A stretch of 59,582 nucleotides of DNA, the filler included. It is 8 parts of 8 records of this genome, joined end to end, with 100 filler letters (N's around TTAATTAATTAA, not from the genome) between each part and the next. Parts side by side here need not be neighbours in the genome. Positions count along the whole stretch, not along the records: positions 39,821 to 46,161 come from SRR31147125_73350; positions 46,262 to 53,397 come from SRR31147125_73384; positions 53,498 to 59,582 come from SRR31147125_73388; 5 more parts are not named here. One strand, written 5' to 3'. Positions 43,705 through 54,335 of the stretch are shown piece after piece (positions within the stretch are counted from its first letter, which is position 1; each line of letters begins with the position of its first letter). The notes below the pieces were generated by a model. It was not told the DNA's origin and ran no database searches. It worked only from the letters and a program-made list of their open reading frames with translations. The position numbers were made by a program, and so were the translations under genes.

Positions 43705-44268
43705 CTATAAAAATGCTAATAAAACGATTGGAAGGTATGGCTTTAATTCCTTTCGCAGGGCCTTTAAAGCATTGGAAATCTGAAGTTCCACGGTTCGTTT
43801 CGACAAGCCCAATTCATCAGCAATTTCCTGGTTTTTTAATCCATCGAAACGACTCATCCTGAAAATTTCCTGGCAACGGGGTGGTAATTTTTCAAGACTT
43901 ATTTCGATTATATCGCGTAATTCCGATTGAACCAGCCAACTCTCAGGATTTTCAACATTTTCCTGACCTGAAGATTTAAGAATTTGAACTGACTTTGTTT
44001 TTACGTTCTGATGCTTGAGGTAATCGAAACAGCGATTTCGCACCGAACTGAACAGATAGTTTTTTAAAGAAGCTTTAATAGAAATTTGGTTGTTTTTCAC
44101 CCAAAGTGTAACGAATAAATCCTGAACAATATCTTCAACGGCTTCTTCGTCATGAAGAATCGATTCGGCGAAAGCACACAGACCAGTATAATAATATTGA
44201 AAAACGAAGTCGAAAACAACTTTGTTTCTCTCTTTTAGTCCATTTTTTAGAAATTGTTCTTCCACCAC
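43705..44268 (-). CDS. ECF sigma-70 factor (Bacteroidota type)
   Basis: EDIVQDLFVTLW and LPPRCQEIFRMSRFDGLKNQEIADELGLSKRTVE. A TACATTTG -7 element lies at 44289-44296. Confidence 0.95.
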   Translation of the reverse strand: MVEEQFLKNGLKERNKVVFDFVFQYYYTGLCAFAESILHDEEAVEDIVQDLFVTLWVKNNQISIKASLKNYLFSSVRNRCFDYLKHQNVKTKSVQILKSSGQENVENPESWLVQSELRDIIEISLEKLPPRCQEIFRMSRFDGLKNQEIADELGLSKRTVELQISNALKALRKELKPYLPIVLLAFL

Positions 44269-44469
44269 CAGTTCGTTAGTTCTGACGGCAAATGTAAAAA
44301 TTAGAATAAGAATTGAAATAACAAATGTGCTTTAAAATTCTAAGTACAATTAATAAATAACTAATAAATTCAATCTAAATCAATTATTCTGCTTATAACA
44401 TTTCCGATATAACGCTCTGAAAGTCACGCAAACTAAGTAGTAAACAATTAGAGAAACAAAAGAAATTTC

Positions 44470-44727
44470 TTATTCCCAGACAAGAAAATCAGTATTGGAA
44501 ATACCTGTTATTTCTAAATTATCGCCAGCATGGTAACAAAAAGCTAAATCTTTAGAACTGACATCAACAGTACTGTCAAGTGTTATCAAATCCTGATCTG
44601 TCGATTTGCCATATTTTTCATCCGTTTGGTCTCCCTGCGTAGTGCTTTTATCTTGAGGACTCCAAAACAGAAATATGTAGATTAAAATAAATAGAAAAAA
44701 ACAAGCAAAATTGGTAATACGTTTCAT
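44470..44727 (-). CDS. Hypothetical small protein with N-terminal hydrophobic segment
   Basis: 85-aa ORF with an MKR plus TM-like N-terminus, co-oriented with its neighbours; no family recognised. Confidence 0.4.
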   Translation of the reverse strand: MKRITNFACFFLFILIYIFLFWSPQDKSTTQGDQTDEKYGKSTDQDLITLDSTVDVSSKDLAFCYHAGDNLEITGISNTDFLVWE

Positions 44728-44843
44728 ATCCAGGGTTTTTAGTAGAACGACAAAGTAAACTATTTATTATAATCCGCATAAAATTAAGTTTACCCTACTT
44801 CGTTTTCATAAAAAAGTTAACTATGCCTTAATAAAATTACCGC

Positions 44844-44883
44844 AAAAAAACCGTCGGTGTCGCTTGGAGCGACGCCGACGGTT
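44844..44883 (-). terminator. GC-rich hairpin/terminator after DUF1593 gene
   Basis: ccgtcggtgtcgct-tgg-agcgacgccgacgg, a 14-bp stem followed by T7 on the minus strand. Confidence 0.75.
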
Positions 44884-44909
44884 CTGAAAGGACAAATTAC
44901 GATATACTC

Positions 44910-46161
44910 CTACTCTACCTTTATTACAATCCGCCGATAGTCGTACATTGATGCAATTTTATTTTTGTCCTTTATTTCAAGAATTATATGGATTTCTTTT
45001 CCCGATGCATCTTCAGGAACTTTAAATTTCAATACGTCGCTTTCAGAATTCGTTAATTCTATTTTTTCGGGATAAGTTCCCGATTCGAAATAATTCCACC
45101 AAAGAAATTCCAGTTCATCGCCATCGGGATCGGAAGATGAAGATGCATCCAAAATTATTTCTTTGCCACTTTCTGCTGACATAAAAACAACCCTATTAAA
45201 TTTATCGTCGTTAATAGCTGCAACCGGGTTATGGTTTGCTTTTTCGAAAGGCTGAATGCACCAATCCATGCGGCACTGAAAATCGTTAAAAAAGGCTCTT
45301 CGGAATCGCCATACCGGAGTAAACCAATCTTTAAAAACATCACCGGTTTCAGGATTTCCCCATTCATCAACAGCCTCAATAAACATGTAAAAATCACCGT
45401 ACTCTTTTTCATCAACATTTACACTGGTGTGCTTCGACCAAAAATTTTTCACTTTTTCTTTCGTAAACCGGCCACTCCAGCCTCCCCAATGCGGATGTTC
45501 AATATCGTACAAACCTTTGTTTACCAATCCCAGCCAGGGAATTGTGCCGCCTCCTTCAAGGAAAGTAATTCCTCCGTTATGGAACTGTCGAAGCGGAAAG
45601 TATTTTCCGAAAGGACCATGATTAGCAATAATATGTTTTAAGCTCCACTGGTGTTGCCCAATTGAACTGTATTCATAATCTCCCCAGGTATGCGGACCTA
45701 AACGACTTCTGTCTCCCTTATTATCTGCAATTCCATCGTTGCCGGGGCCGCCGTAACAATAGGTTTGATAGTTACTCCTAATCCAGTGTATATTCGGATA
45801 GTTCGCACAAATCCATGCGCCTGCATTATCCTGTGCTCCATTTTCGTACACCCGTAGTTTTGAGATTAGTTTATCCTGCTCTGCTTTGGAATGTGAATTT
45901 TCGAAATCTTTTATTGCCTGAGCCAGAGTATTTGAACCTGCATTTACAACTACATAAACCGGTCGGTCGTCATCTTTCTCAAGAACATTCAACAACAATT
46001 TCGAGCCTTCTGAAGACAATCCTTCCCCTGTACTTTCTATACCGTACCCCGTTTGTCCACACACTACAATTCTTCTCAAATATTCTGGTTCAGGATAACC
46101 CTTTGCATGTTTTTGCAAATTCTTATACACCTTTTCATAGCCTTCAATCAAGTTCAAAAAA
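44910..46161 (-). CDS. DUF1593 (nucleoside-hydrolase-like) protein with C-terminal Ig-like domain (5' truncated)
   Basis: YPEPEYL, SEGSKLL, GSNTLAQA, GGWSGRF, FQCRMDW..ANHNPV, SSDPDGD, YRRIVI. Confidence 0.85.
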
Positions 46162-46506
46162 NNNNNNNNNNNNNNNNNNNNNNNNNNNNNNNNNNNNNNN
46201 NNNNNTTAATTAATTAANNNNNNNNNNNNNNNNNNNNNNNNNNNNNNNNNNNNNNNNNNNNACATGTCTACCTTGATTTGGTAGATGGGCCCGTAAAAAT
46301 TTGTTATAGGGTAATGAAATTGAAGAAGTCTGGGTTAGCGCATCACCAGGCTGAAAGCCCGTTTCATCAACATATAACAGGCGGTAATGCATTCGATCTG
46401 TTTCCGTTTATGATCGCAGGAAGATCATGCAACGGTTGACAAGTGCCCTATTTTGAGGAATTAGGTTACAAATCTGAATCCGTCGATCCTCAAACACCGG
46501 GAATGA

Positions 46507-47601
46507 ATGCCATTGCTCCATATCATATTCAGCGCCGCGACCGTTCTTCTGGTGATCTTCACTCTACTGCCGCTATGGCGCTACGAAAGATGGTGGGTCC
46601 GTTCACTCGACTTCCCGCGGCTGCAGCTTTTAGTACTATCGGTATGCTTGTTTGCCATGGAGGTGGTGCTGCTCGACTTGGATCAGCCGTTGGTGTGGTG
46701 CCTGCTGCTCTTCACCCTTTTCTGTTTCGCATATCATTCATGGTGGATTCTGCCCTATACGCGCCTCCATCCTCCGGAGGTCGCATCCGCATCATCTGTG
46801 GATCGTCGACGGACCATCCGGGTAATGACGGCCAATGTACTGACACCGAATCGAAATGCGAAGGGGTTGATCGATCTGGTCAACGAAAATGAGCCGCACA
46901 TCCTGGTCACCCTGGAATCCGACGCGTGGTGGCAGGAGAGGTTGGACCTGTTGGAGCAGGCCTATCCTAACACGATCAAATGCCCGCTTGATAATCTTTA
47001 CGGAATGCATGTCTACTCCAGGCTTTCGCTGGAGGAGAGCCAAATCGAGTATCTCGTGGAGCCCGATATTCCATCGATACACACGCTTGTCGTGCTGCCG
47101 TCAGGGGATAGAATTCGTCTACATTTTTTACACCCGGCGCCGCCAAGTCCTACGGAGAACGTAGAGAGTTCGGAGCGGGATGCGGAATTGGTGGTCGTCG
47201 CCAAAAGTGTTGCCCGGACAATCGATCCGGTCATTGTCGCCGGGGATTTGAACGACGTGGCCTGGTCGGAGACGACCCGGCTGTTCAGGAAAATCAGTGG
47301 GATGCTGGACCCCCGCATGGGGCGTGGTATGTTTAACACCTATCATGCCGGCCATTGGTTCTTGCGTTGGCCTCTCGACCATCTGTTTCACAGTCATCAT
47401 TTCACCCTGTCGGGCATACGTCGGCTCAGGGGATTTGGCTCTGATCACTTCGCCCTTTTTACCGAATTGGTATACGAACCCGGACGCAATGACAAGAAAA
47501 GCGGATTAGAAGCCGACTCGAATGACAGGGACTGGGCAGAGGCCAAAGCCGAAGATCAAGGCGTCACCGAAAACGACGTGCCGCAGCCCGGAACACACTG
47601 A
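46507..47601 (+). CDS. Endonuclease/exonuclease/phosphatase (EEP, YafD-like) protein with N-terminal TMs
   Basis: RVMTANVL, LESD, HPAPP, AGDLND, PLDH and GSDH catalytic motifs. Confidence 0.9.
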   Translation: MPLLHIIFSAATVLLVIFTLLPLWRYERWWVRSLDFPRLQLLVLSVCLFAMEVVLLDLDQPLVWCLLLFTLFCFAYHSWWILPYTRLHPPEVASASSVDRRRTIRVMTANVLTPNRNAKGLIDLVNENEPHILVTLESDAWWQERLDLLEQAYPNTIKCPLDNLYGMHVYSRLSLEESQIEYLVEPDIPSIHTLVVLPSGDRIRLHFLHPAPPSPTENVESSERDAELVVVAKSVARTIDPVIVAGDLNDVAWSETTRLFRKISGMLDPRMGRGMFNTYHAGHWFLRWPLDHLFHSHHFTLSGIRRLRGFGSDHFALFTELVYEPGRNDKKSGLEADSNDRDWAEAKAEDQGVTENDVPQPGTH

Positions 47602-47673
47602 AAGACTGCAGCGCCCCTTTCTATCCGCAATTAACGTTATAGGTCTTCCGTTCTATTTTGATTGCTCGAAAAT

Positions 47674-48153
47674 CTACTGTTGAAAATCATTTTCATTGGT
47701 ACGGTAGGTGGATAGCTCAAGGATGCACCCCAATTTAGGTCGCTTGCGGGTTGCGCCGACGATTTTGGCCACGCGGGCTGCAGTGGCGATACGCTCCTGC
47801 GTCAGCTTGCTGATCACATCTGCAGCAGCCTTGTCGTTAAGGCGGCCGAAACAGTTCTTCATGTCGAATGCCTGGGTGTTTCGCCCTCTAACCAGGTAGA
47901 TGGCCCTTTTGTTGCCATCCTTGCCTGCATCCCATAGCAGTCGGACCCGCTCCCCCTCCTTAAGCTGTTCCAGGGCCGCTTGCCGTTCGCTGCCATCGAT
48001 GTTTTTGTATTCGCACCCCACCGCCGGTGTCCGGAATGTTTCGATAAGATTCTTCTTCTTCGGCTTGCACATCACCTCCTTCAGGTTGATGCGTTCGCTT
48101 TTCGATCGTTTGGAGGGAATCAACAAATGTTCAAGCTTGTCGAGCAGGCCCAT
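47674..48153 (-). CDS. HIRAN-like domain protein
   Basis: AVGCEYKN.DG.ERQ..LEQLKEGERVRL...AIYL...GRL pattern resembles a HIRAN domain. Confidence 0.55.
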   Translation of the reverse strand: MGLLDKLEHLLIPSKRSKSERINLKEVMCKPKKKNLIETFRTPAVGCEYKNIDGSERQAALEQLKEGERVRLLWDAGKDGNKRAIYLVRGRNTQAFDMKNCFGRLNDKAAADVISKLTQERIATAARVAKIVGATRKRPKLGCILELSTYRTNENDFQQ

Positions 48154-48516
48154 CGGCGAGCTCCTTCTCTTCGATGTTTAAGAAAAATGAATTGAAATTA
48201 AGCGTTGCCCATTTTTTAACGGCTTTTCGGTGTCCGGATCAGGTTCCAATAAGGTTTCGGACCTATAGCTTCTTTTACACTCCCTTTGGTTAACTGTCTA
48301 CCCCCGGCAATGCTATCCGCACTGAATTTGGCACAATCACCCGGCTTCTCTACGCCTCGATTGATCATGATAGAGAGAACCTTTCCTTGATTGTTTCTCA
48401 GGAGTAGGTTTAAACTCCTTCTCAGCCGACATCTCGTCAGCGATTCAACACCAAACGTTCAATTCGCTGCAGCGGCGAGCCATCATGTCCACTCCTCCAA
48501 CAGAAAGGTGAAGTTA

Positions 48517-50217
48517 ATGACTTTTCAGAACCAACGCTATTGTGACCGCCTAAAGGGCGGCATCGGCCGCCGGGCGCTTTTCAAATGCATGGGGGCCACG
48601 GATGACGATCTGGACAACCGGCCCATGATCGGCATCGCCAACGCCTGGAACGAGCTGGTCCCCGGCCATGTCAACCTGCGCCAGATCGCCGAACATGTAC
48701 GCAAGGGGATATTTCAGGCCGGGGGCACAGTGGCCGAGTTCGGTGTCATCGGCGCTTGCGACGGCCTCTCCAACGGGCACGCGGGCATGTACTATTCCCT
48801 GCCATCGCGCGATATGATTGCCGGCAGCATCGAAATCATGGTCTCATCGCACCGTCTCGACGGTTTGGTCATGATCGGTTCGTGCGACAAGATCGTACCG
48901 GGGATGATGATGGCCGCGGCCCGACTCGATATTCCGGCCGTTATCGCCGTGGGTGGTCCGATGTTGGGCGGGGTGGTCTTTGATAATCGCAAATCTGATC
49001 TCACATCCCTGTCGGAGGGTTTTGCCATGTACCGCAGCGGCAAAATCAGCCAGGAGGAGCTCTACCGGCTGGAGGATCTTGTCACCCCCACCTGCGGTTC
49101 CTGTTCCTTCTACGGCACCGCCAACACGATGTGTTGCCTCTCAGAGGCGATCGGACTGTCGCTGCCCGGTTCGGCGACCATACCGGCCGTCTATGCCGAA
49201 CGCCTGCGGGCCTCGGTTGCGGCCGGCAAGGCGATCGTCGAGTTGACGCTGCAGGGCACCTCTGCGCGCGATATCATCACTCTGGCGTCGTTGCGGAACG
49301 CAGCACGGGTGCTGATGGCCACCGGCGGTTCGACCAACGGTGTGTTGCATCTGATCGCCGTCGCCGTCGAGCTGGGCATCGAGGCGGAGACGATGATGGG
49401 GATTCTCGAAGAAGCGAGCGAAAAGACGCCGCACGTTGCCAAGATCAACCCGGCTTCGGAATATGACATGGAGGATCTCTATCGTTCCGGCGGCATCCCC
49501 CAGGTGATGAAAGAGATCAGTTCACTTCTGGATATGAACTGTCGAACGGTCACTGGCAAAACGGTGGCTGAGAACCTCGAAGCCCACGCCTCTCCCTTTA
49601 AACCCGACCGCAAGGTGGTCAAAACGATGGCCGATCCATTCGACAGCTCCAAAGGGCTGGCCGTGCTGCGAGGCAACCTGGCGCCCAATACGGCCATCAC
49701 CAAACCGGCCGCCATCGATCCCACCATCATGACCTTCACCGGCACCGCCAAAACCTTCGACTGCGAGGAAGATGCCGGCCGGGCCGTACTGGACGGCAAG
49801 ATCGTCGCCGGCGATGTGGTGGTGATACGCTACGAGGGGCCTAAAGGCGGGCCGGGCATGCGCGAAATGGCCAAAGTGATGAAATTTATGTACGGTGTCG
49901 GCTTGGCCAAAACGGCGGCTCTGGTCACCGACGGCCGCTTTTCCGGAACGAACAACGGTTGCTTTGTGGGCCATGTTTCACCCGAGGCGTCCGCGGGCGG
50001 CCCTATCGCCATTGTACGGGACGGAGACAAGATCACCATCGATATCCCCAACAGCACGCTGACGCTGCATCTGACCGAAGAAGAGATTGCAGAGCGACTC
50101 GAAGCCTGGCAGGCACCGTCGCCGAAACACACTACCGGCTTTTTAAGCATTTACGAACACCTTGCCGAATCGGCCGACAAGGGGGCGGTGATGCGGATCG
50201 GTAAAAGGCGCAAATAG
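48517..50217 (+). CDS. ilvD: Dihydroxy-acid dehydratase (IlvD/Edd family)
   Basis: IGIANAWNELVPGH, CDG, CDKIVPG, GTANTM, GGSTN, YEGPKGGPGMRE, TDGRFSG, GHVSPEA. Confidence 0.9.
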   Translation: MTFQNQRYCDRLKGGIGRRALFKCMGATDDDLDNRPMIGIANAWNELVPGHVNLRQIAEHVRKGIFQAGGTVAEFGVIGACDGLSNGHAGMYYSLPSRDMIAGSIEIMVSSHRLDGLVMIGSCDKIVPGMMMAAARLDIPAVIAVGGPMLGGVVFDNRKSDLTSLSEGFAMYRSGKISQEELYRLEDLVTPTCGSCSFYGTANTMCCLSEAIGLSLPGSATIPAVYAERLRASVAAGKAIVELTLQGTSARDIITLASLRNAARVLMATGGSTNGVLHLIAVAVELGIEAETMMGILEEASEKTPHVAKINPASEYDMEDLYRSGGIPQVMKEISSLLDMNCRTVTGKTVAENLEAHASPFKPDRKVVKTMADPFDSSKGLAVLRGNLAPNTAITKPAAIDPTIMTFTGTAKTFDCEEDAGRAVLDGKIVAGDVVVIRYEGPKGGPGMREMAKVMKFMYGVGLAKTAALVTDGRFSGTNNGCFVGHVSPEASAGGPIAIVRDGDKITIDIPNSTLTLHLTEEEIAERLEAWQAPSPKHTTGFLSIYEHLAESADKGAVMRIGKRRK

Positions 50218-50610
50218 AAACAGCTTTATTGTTGCTTGAGATACTTCAAAATCTCTTCGTCCTTAAACATTTCGATGGCTCTGTTCAATGTCGCCGCACT
50301 CAGTGAAAAATGGCGTTCATAAAGATGGAAAAAGTAAAAGATATAAGAGAGACGTTCATATGATGGTCGCCGATACACCGGTGAATCTGCGTTTGACCAC
50401 TGTGAACATTTTCGCTATCTTATGCTGTATTACCCCCTTCGTGGGCGTGCGGTCCCAATACTTGACTAACCAAATATTCACGCCATAACCAGCAATGCCA
50501 TTGTGGATACTGGGGGAAAGAGGGACGATGGCTCACGATAAACCTGTGGCGGCATGCTGGAAACGTGCAATTCTTAATATACACAAGCGTTTAACTCAGT
50601 GGGAGGCCAA

Positions 50611-52752
50611 ATGGCCACATTCACCATAGCAAACGAACCCCGTTTCACCTTTCAAATCGCCGACACTGAATTGATGGTGGCCGATCTGAACATTCGCGAG
50701 CAGATATCGAGCCCGTTCGAGGCACTATTGAACCTTGCGTCCGAAGATGAGATCCAATTCGACGAAGCAGTCGGAAAAACGGCCCTGTTGACACTGGAAA
50801 GCGGCAATGCGGACCGTTATGTCCACGGGGTAGTCGACCGGTTTATCCAAAACGGGATGGATGGCCGATTCTATCTGTATCAGGCCAGGATGGTGCCACA
50901 GATCGAGCTGCTCTCGCTTGAACAGGATTGCCGTATTTTTCAGGACAAAGCGATACCGGACATTGTCAAGGAGGTCTTGTCCGAGAGCGGTGTGACCTCC
51001 GACATGCTGGACCAGCGGCTCCAGGGCACCTATGCGTCGCGCGAATATTGCGTTCAGTACCGTGAAACTGATTTGGATTTTATCTCCCGCCTGTTGGAAG
51101 AGGAAGGGATTTTCTACTTTTTCGAGCACAGCCGGGAAAAGCATGTCATGGTGCTTGGAGACGGTACAGTCAACTATCAGCCCATCAGCGGCTCGGCGCA
51201 AGTCATTTTCAATGCCGGTGGCGCCATGGTGTCTGAAGAAGAATCCGTGGTGGCCTTCCACCTGTCGAAACAGATTCGCCCCGGAAAATACACGGTGCAG
51301 GATTTCAATTTCAAAAGCCCGTCCCTGGAGTTGACCGCCGACAACACGGACAGTGAAAACAAAAAGCTGGAAATTTACGACTACGCCGCCGGGCATCAGA
51401 CCCCGGAGGCCGGGAAGACCATTGCCAAGGTGCGTCTGCAACAGGCGATGATGAACAAGGAGCGGGCAGAGGGGCGCAGTGTCGTACCCCGGTTCATTCC
51501 CGGTTTTACTTTTACGTTGAGCGACCATCCGATGGACGCTTTCAATCAGGAGTATTTATTGGTCGGCATGGTCCATAACGGCGCACAACCCCAAGTGCTG
51601 GCGGAAAAGGCGACGTCGGACAGGGGCACCAGCTATGACAACACGTTTATGGCCGTCCCTTCGGCCGTGACCGTCAGACCCGAAAGAACGGTCAACAAAC
51701 CGTTGGTCGAGGGCGTCCAAACCGCCATTGTCACCGGGCCGTCCGGCGAGGAGATCTATACGGACGAACACGGCCGCGTCAAAGTCCGGTTTCACTGGGA
51801 TCGCTTGGGTGGGAAAGACGAAAAGAGCTCCTGCTGGATCCGGGTCAGCCAGTCCTGGGCCGGGGCCGGCTGGGGGGCCATGCACATCCCCCGTATCGGC
51901 CAGGAGGTGATCGTCGATTTCATCGAAGGCGACCCCGACCGGCCGATCATTACCGGCCGCGTCTATCACGGCACCAACACACCACCCTATGCGTTGCCGG
52001 AAGAAAAGACCAAAAGCACCATCAAGTCCGACTCCAGCAAGGGCGGTGGCGGTTCCAATGAATTCAGGTTCGAGGATAAAAAGGGCAGCGAAGAGATATT
52101 CATCCACGGCCGGAAAGACTGGACCATTGCCATCGAGAATGACAAAAACCAGTCCGTCGGAAATAATGAAACCCTTCAGGTGGCCAGCAATCGCACCAAG
52201 AGTGTCGGCGCGGACCAGAGCGAAACCATCGGCAGCAACAAGACCATCCAGGTCGGGGCCAACCATACCGAGAGCATCGGCAGCAATATGACCGTAACCG
52301 TTGCCGCCAACAAAAGTGAAACCGTCGGGGTCAACTCCGCCGAGACCATCGGTGCGGCCAAAGCGTTGACGATCGGCGCTGCGTATCAAGTCACCGTCGG
52401 GGCTGCGATGAATGAAACCGTAGGTGCCGCAAAAGCGGAGGAGATCGGTGCCCATAAATCGGTGGCCGTGGGCGGTAATGCGTCCGAAGCCATTGCGGGC
52501 AGCCGCTCTCTTTCCATGGGAAAAGATTCGGATATCAATATCGGCGGCAAGCAGATCGAGAAAGTGGGCAAGGAACACTCTTTAGATGCCAAGAAGATTC
52601 AGTTTACGGCCAGGGATCAGATTACGCTCAAGACCGGAAAGGCTGAAATCATCATGAAGAAAAATGGTGACATCACCATAAAAGGTAAAAAAATCAGTGT
52701 TAAAGGAAGTGGCGATGTGATCATTAAAGGTAGCAAAATCAAGGAGAACTGA
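50611..52752 (+). CDS. vgrG: Type VI secretion spike protein VgrG with Gp5-like C-terminal beta-helix repeats
   Basis: REYCVQYRETDLDFISRLLEEEGI, QTAIVTGP..EEIYTDEHGRVKV.FHWDR, PRIGQEVIVDF.EGDPDRP; RBS GGAGG before ATG 50611. Confidence 0.95.
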   Translation: MATFTIANEPRFTFQIADTELMVADLNIREQISSPFEALLNLASEDEIQFDEAVGKTALLTLESGNADRYVHGVVDRFIQNGMDGRFYLYQARMVPQIELLSLEQDCRIFQDKAIPDIVKEVLSESGVTSDMLDQRLQGTYASREYCVQYRETDLDFISRLLEEEGIFYFFEHSREKHVMVLGDGTVNYQPISGSAQVIFNAGGAMVSEEESVVAFHLSKQIRPGKYTVQDFNFKSPSLELTADNTDSENKKLEIYDYAAGHQTPEAGKTIAKVRLQQAMMNKERAEGRSVVPRFIPGFTFTLSDHPMDAFNQEYLLVGMVHNGAQPQVLAEKATSDRGTSYDNTFMAVPSAVTVRPERTVNKPLVEGVQTAIVTGPSGEEIYTDEHGRVKVRFHWDRLGGKDEKSSCWIRVSQSWAGAGWGAMHIPRIGQEVIVDFIEGDPDRPIITGRVYHGTNTPPYALPEEKTKSTIKSDSSKGGGGSNEFRFEDKKGSEEIFIHGRKDWTIAIENDKNQSVGNNETLQVASNRTKSVGADQSETIGSNKTIQVGANHTESIGSNMTVTVAANKSETVGVNSAETIGAAKALTIGAAYQVTVGAAMNETVGAAKAEEIGAHKSVAVGGNASEAIAGSRSLSMGKDSDINIGGKQIEKVGKEHSLDAKKIQFTARDQITLKTGKAEIIMKKNGDITIKGKKISVKGSGDVIIKGSKIKEN

Positions 52753-52753
52753 G

Positions 52754-53251
52754 ATGAATGAAAAGAGGGCCAATGTTGTCGACTTGAATCCGCAGCGAGA
52801 TGCGGATCGTTCGAACGTCTCGGTCGGATGCATCGTGGCCGTCACGGAAGAAGGCCACGTCTTCGTAGAGAGCCCTTCCGACGGTATCGGCAGAAGGCAA
52901 GCGCGCTTCATCGGCGGAATGTTTTCAGCATCCGGTGCCGAGGTCGCCCCAGGTGCGCCGGTGCTGTTGTTCTTCGAAAATAACGATCCGGCCTTGCCGA
53001 TTATCGTAGGGCTGGTGCGCGAGGTCGTCGCGCCGACCGAAAAGCAAACCCTCGACGTGAAGCGTCCCCAGGATGCATTGATCGATGGCAAGCGAATCGT
53101 TTTCGACGCCCGGGAAGAGATCGTGCTGCGATGCGGGAAAAGTGCTGTCACCTTGCGCAAAGACGGCAAGGTGGTTGTGAAGGGCACCCAAATCACCAGC
53201 CGTTCGACCGGCCGGCACAAAATCAAGGGCGCTTCGGTCAGCATCAATTAA
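52754..53251 (+). CDS. DUF6484-like VgrG-associated protein
   Basis: VLLFFENNDPALPIIVG and IVLRCGKSAVTLRKDGKVVVKG...IKGASVSIN; starts 1 nt after the vgrG stop. Confidence 0.75.
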   Translation: MNEKRANVVDLNPQRDADRSNVSVGCIVAVTEEGHVFVESPSDGIGRRQARFIGGMFSASGAEVAPGAPVLLFFENNDPALPIIVGLVREVVAPTEKQTLDVKRPQDALIDGKRIVFDAREEIVLRCGKSAVTLRKDGKVVVKGTQITSRSTGRHKIKGASVSIN

Positions 53252-53303
53252 AAGCCGTTGCAAGATTACGATTCCATCGATCTGAGATGTGGAGGTAAAT
53301 AAT

Positions 53304-53397
53304 ATGGGTGTCACCGTTGGTGTGAACAACTTATCGGTGGTCCACAAAAGCAGCAGCGGTGTGACCATTGCATTCCCTGATGTTTGTAAAACGCCGA
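53304..53397 (+). CDS. DUF4150 PAAR-like protein, N-terminal fragment
   Basis: MGVTVGVNNLSVVHKSSSGVTIAFPDVCKTP after a GGAGG RBS. FPDVCKTP is the DUF4150 hallmark. Confidence 0.85.
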
Positions 53398-53498
53398 NNN
53401 NNNNNNNNNNNNNNNNNNNNNNNNNNNNNNNNNNNNNNNNNTTAATTAATTAANNNNNNNNNNNNNNNNNNNNNNNNNNNNNNNNNNNNNNNNNNNNA

Positions 53499-53526
53499 TG
53501 GATCCCGGATCAAGTCCGGGATGACA
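53499..53526. repeat. REP-like palindromic element
   Basis: TGGATCCCGGATCAAGTCCGGGATGACA at the contig start; its reverse complement resembles the copy at 59553-59582. Confidence 0.75.
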
Positions 53527-53630
53527 AACACCTGCCAAGCCCCACAATAAGACGCTAAGGTGCCAGAGCTAGGTATTAAACACTTTTAAACATTATATCA
53601 AGCAGTCTTTTTTGATTAAAAAATGATAAT

Positions 53631-54335
53631 TTATGACTTAAAGCGCAGAGCAGGAACGAGAAAAAAGGCTTCCTTAATCTCTTTGAAAGATAGATTAGAA
53701 GTCCCTCTTCTGCGATTTACAAACGTAATTGGGATTTCAGCAAACTTGCAGCCATTTTTATACAGATTATATGCAAGTTCACTTAAGGTAATATATCCGC
53801 TCGATTTAAAACTATCAAAATCGAGTTTCTTTAGTTCTTCAACTTTATAACACCTATAACCATTAGTGTAGTCGTGAATAGGAACTCTCAAGAAAAACCG
53901 TGCATAAATGTTAGCAAACTTACTAAAAAGGCTTCTTTTCAGACCCCAACCAACAATTTTACTGCCTTTTATATATCTAGAACCAATAACAACTTCATAA
54001 TTTTTAGCTTTCTCTAAAATCTCGGAAATCGCAATAGGGTCATGTGAAAAATCAGCATCCATCTCCAAAACATAACTATAAATACCTTCAGAAATTGCAT
54101 ATTTAAAACCGTCAATGCAAGCACTCCCCCGGCCATTCTTACCTGTCCGATCGATAAGAAAGACTCTAGAACCAAATTTATCATGACTTTTAACTATAGA
54201 TGAAGTCCCATCGGGAGAAGCATCATCGACAACTAGAGCATTAATATTTTCACCTATCCCAACTATTGAATCTATCAATCTTTCAATATTCTCTTTTTCA
54301 TTAAATGTTGGAATTACAACCAAAATCTTATCCAT
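53631..54335 (-). CDS. GT2 polyprenol-monophosphomannose-synthase (DPM1)-like glycosyltransferase
   Basis: VIPTFNEKENI, VDDASPDGT, EMDADFSHDP, GSRY, DYTNGYRCY. Confidence 0.92.
   Translation of the reverse strand: MDKILVVIPTFNEKENIERLIDSIVGIGENINALVVDDASPDGTSSIVKSHDKFGSRVFLIDRTGKNGRGSACIDGFKYAISEGIYSYVLEMDADFSHDPIAISEILEKAKNYEVVIGSRYIKGSKIVGWGLKRSLFSKFANIYARFFLRVPIHDYTNGYRCYKVEELKKLDFDSFKSSGYITLSELAYNLYKNGCKFAEIPITFVNRRRGTSNLSFKEIKEAFFLVPALRFKS

Noticed and set aside
46262-46392. Partial minus-strand ORF MHYRLLYVDETGF as an IS630-like transposase fragment
   Set aside because: Only a short DETG resemblance at a contig edge, which is too little to support.
52140-52560. Periodic sequence in vgrG as a CRISPR or DNA repeat
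   Set aside because: It is the 8-residue Gp5-type beta-helix coding repeat. No CRISPR array, tRNA or rRNA was recognised anywhere in the window.
8762-53497. Recurring TTAATTAATTAA flanked by N runs as a biological repeat; gene linkage across these points
   Set aside because: These are artificial six-frame-stop spacers. Neighbours across them come from different organisms.
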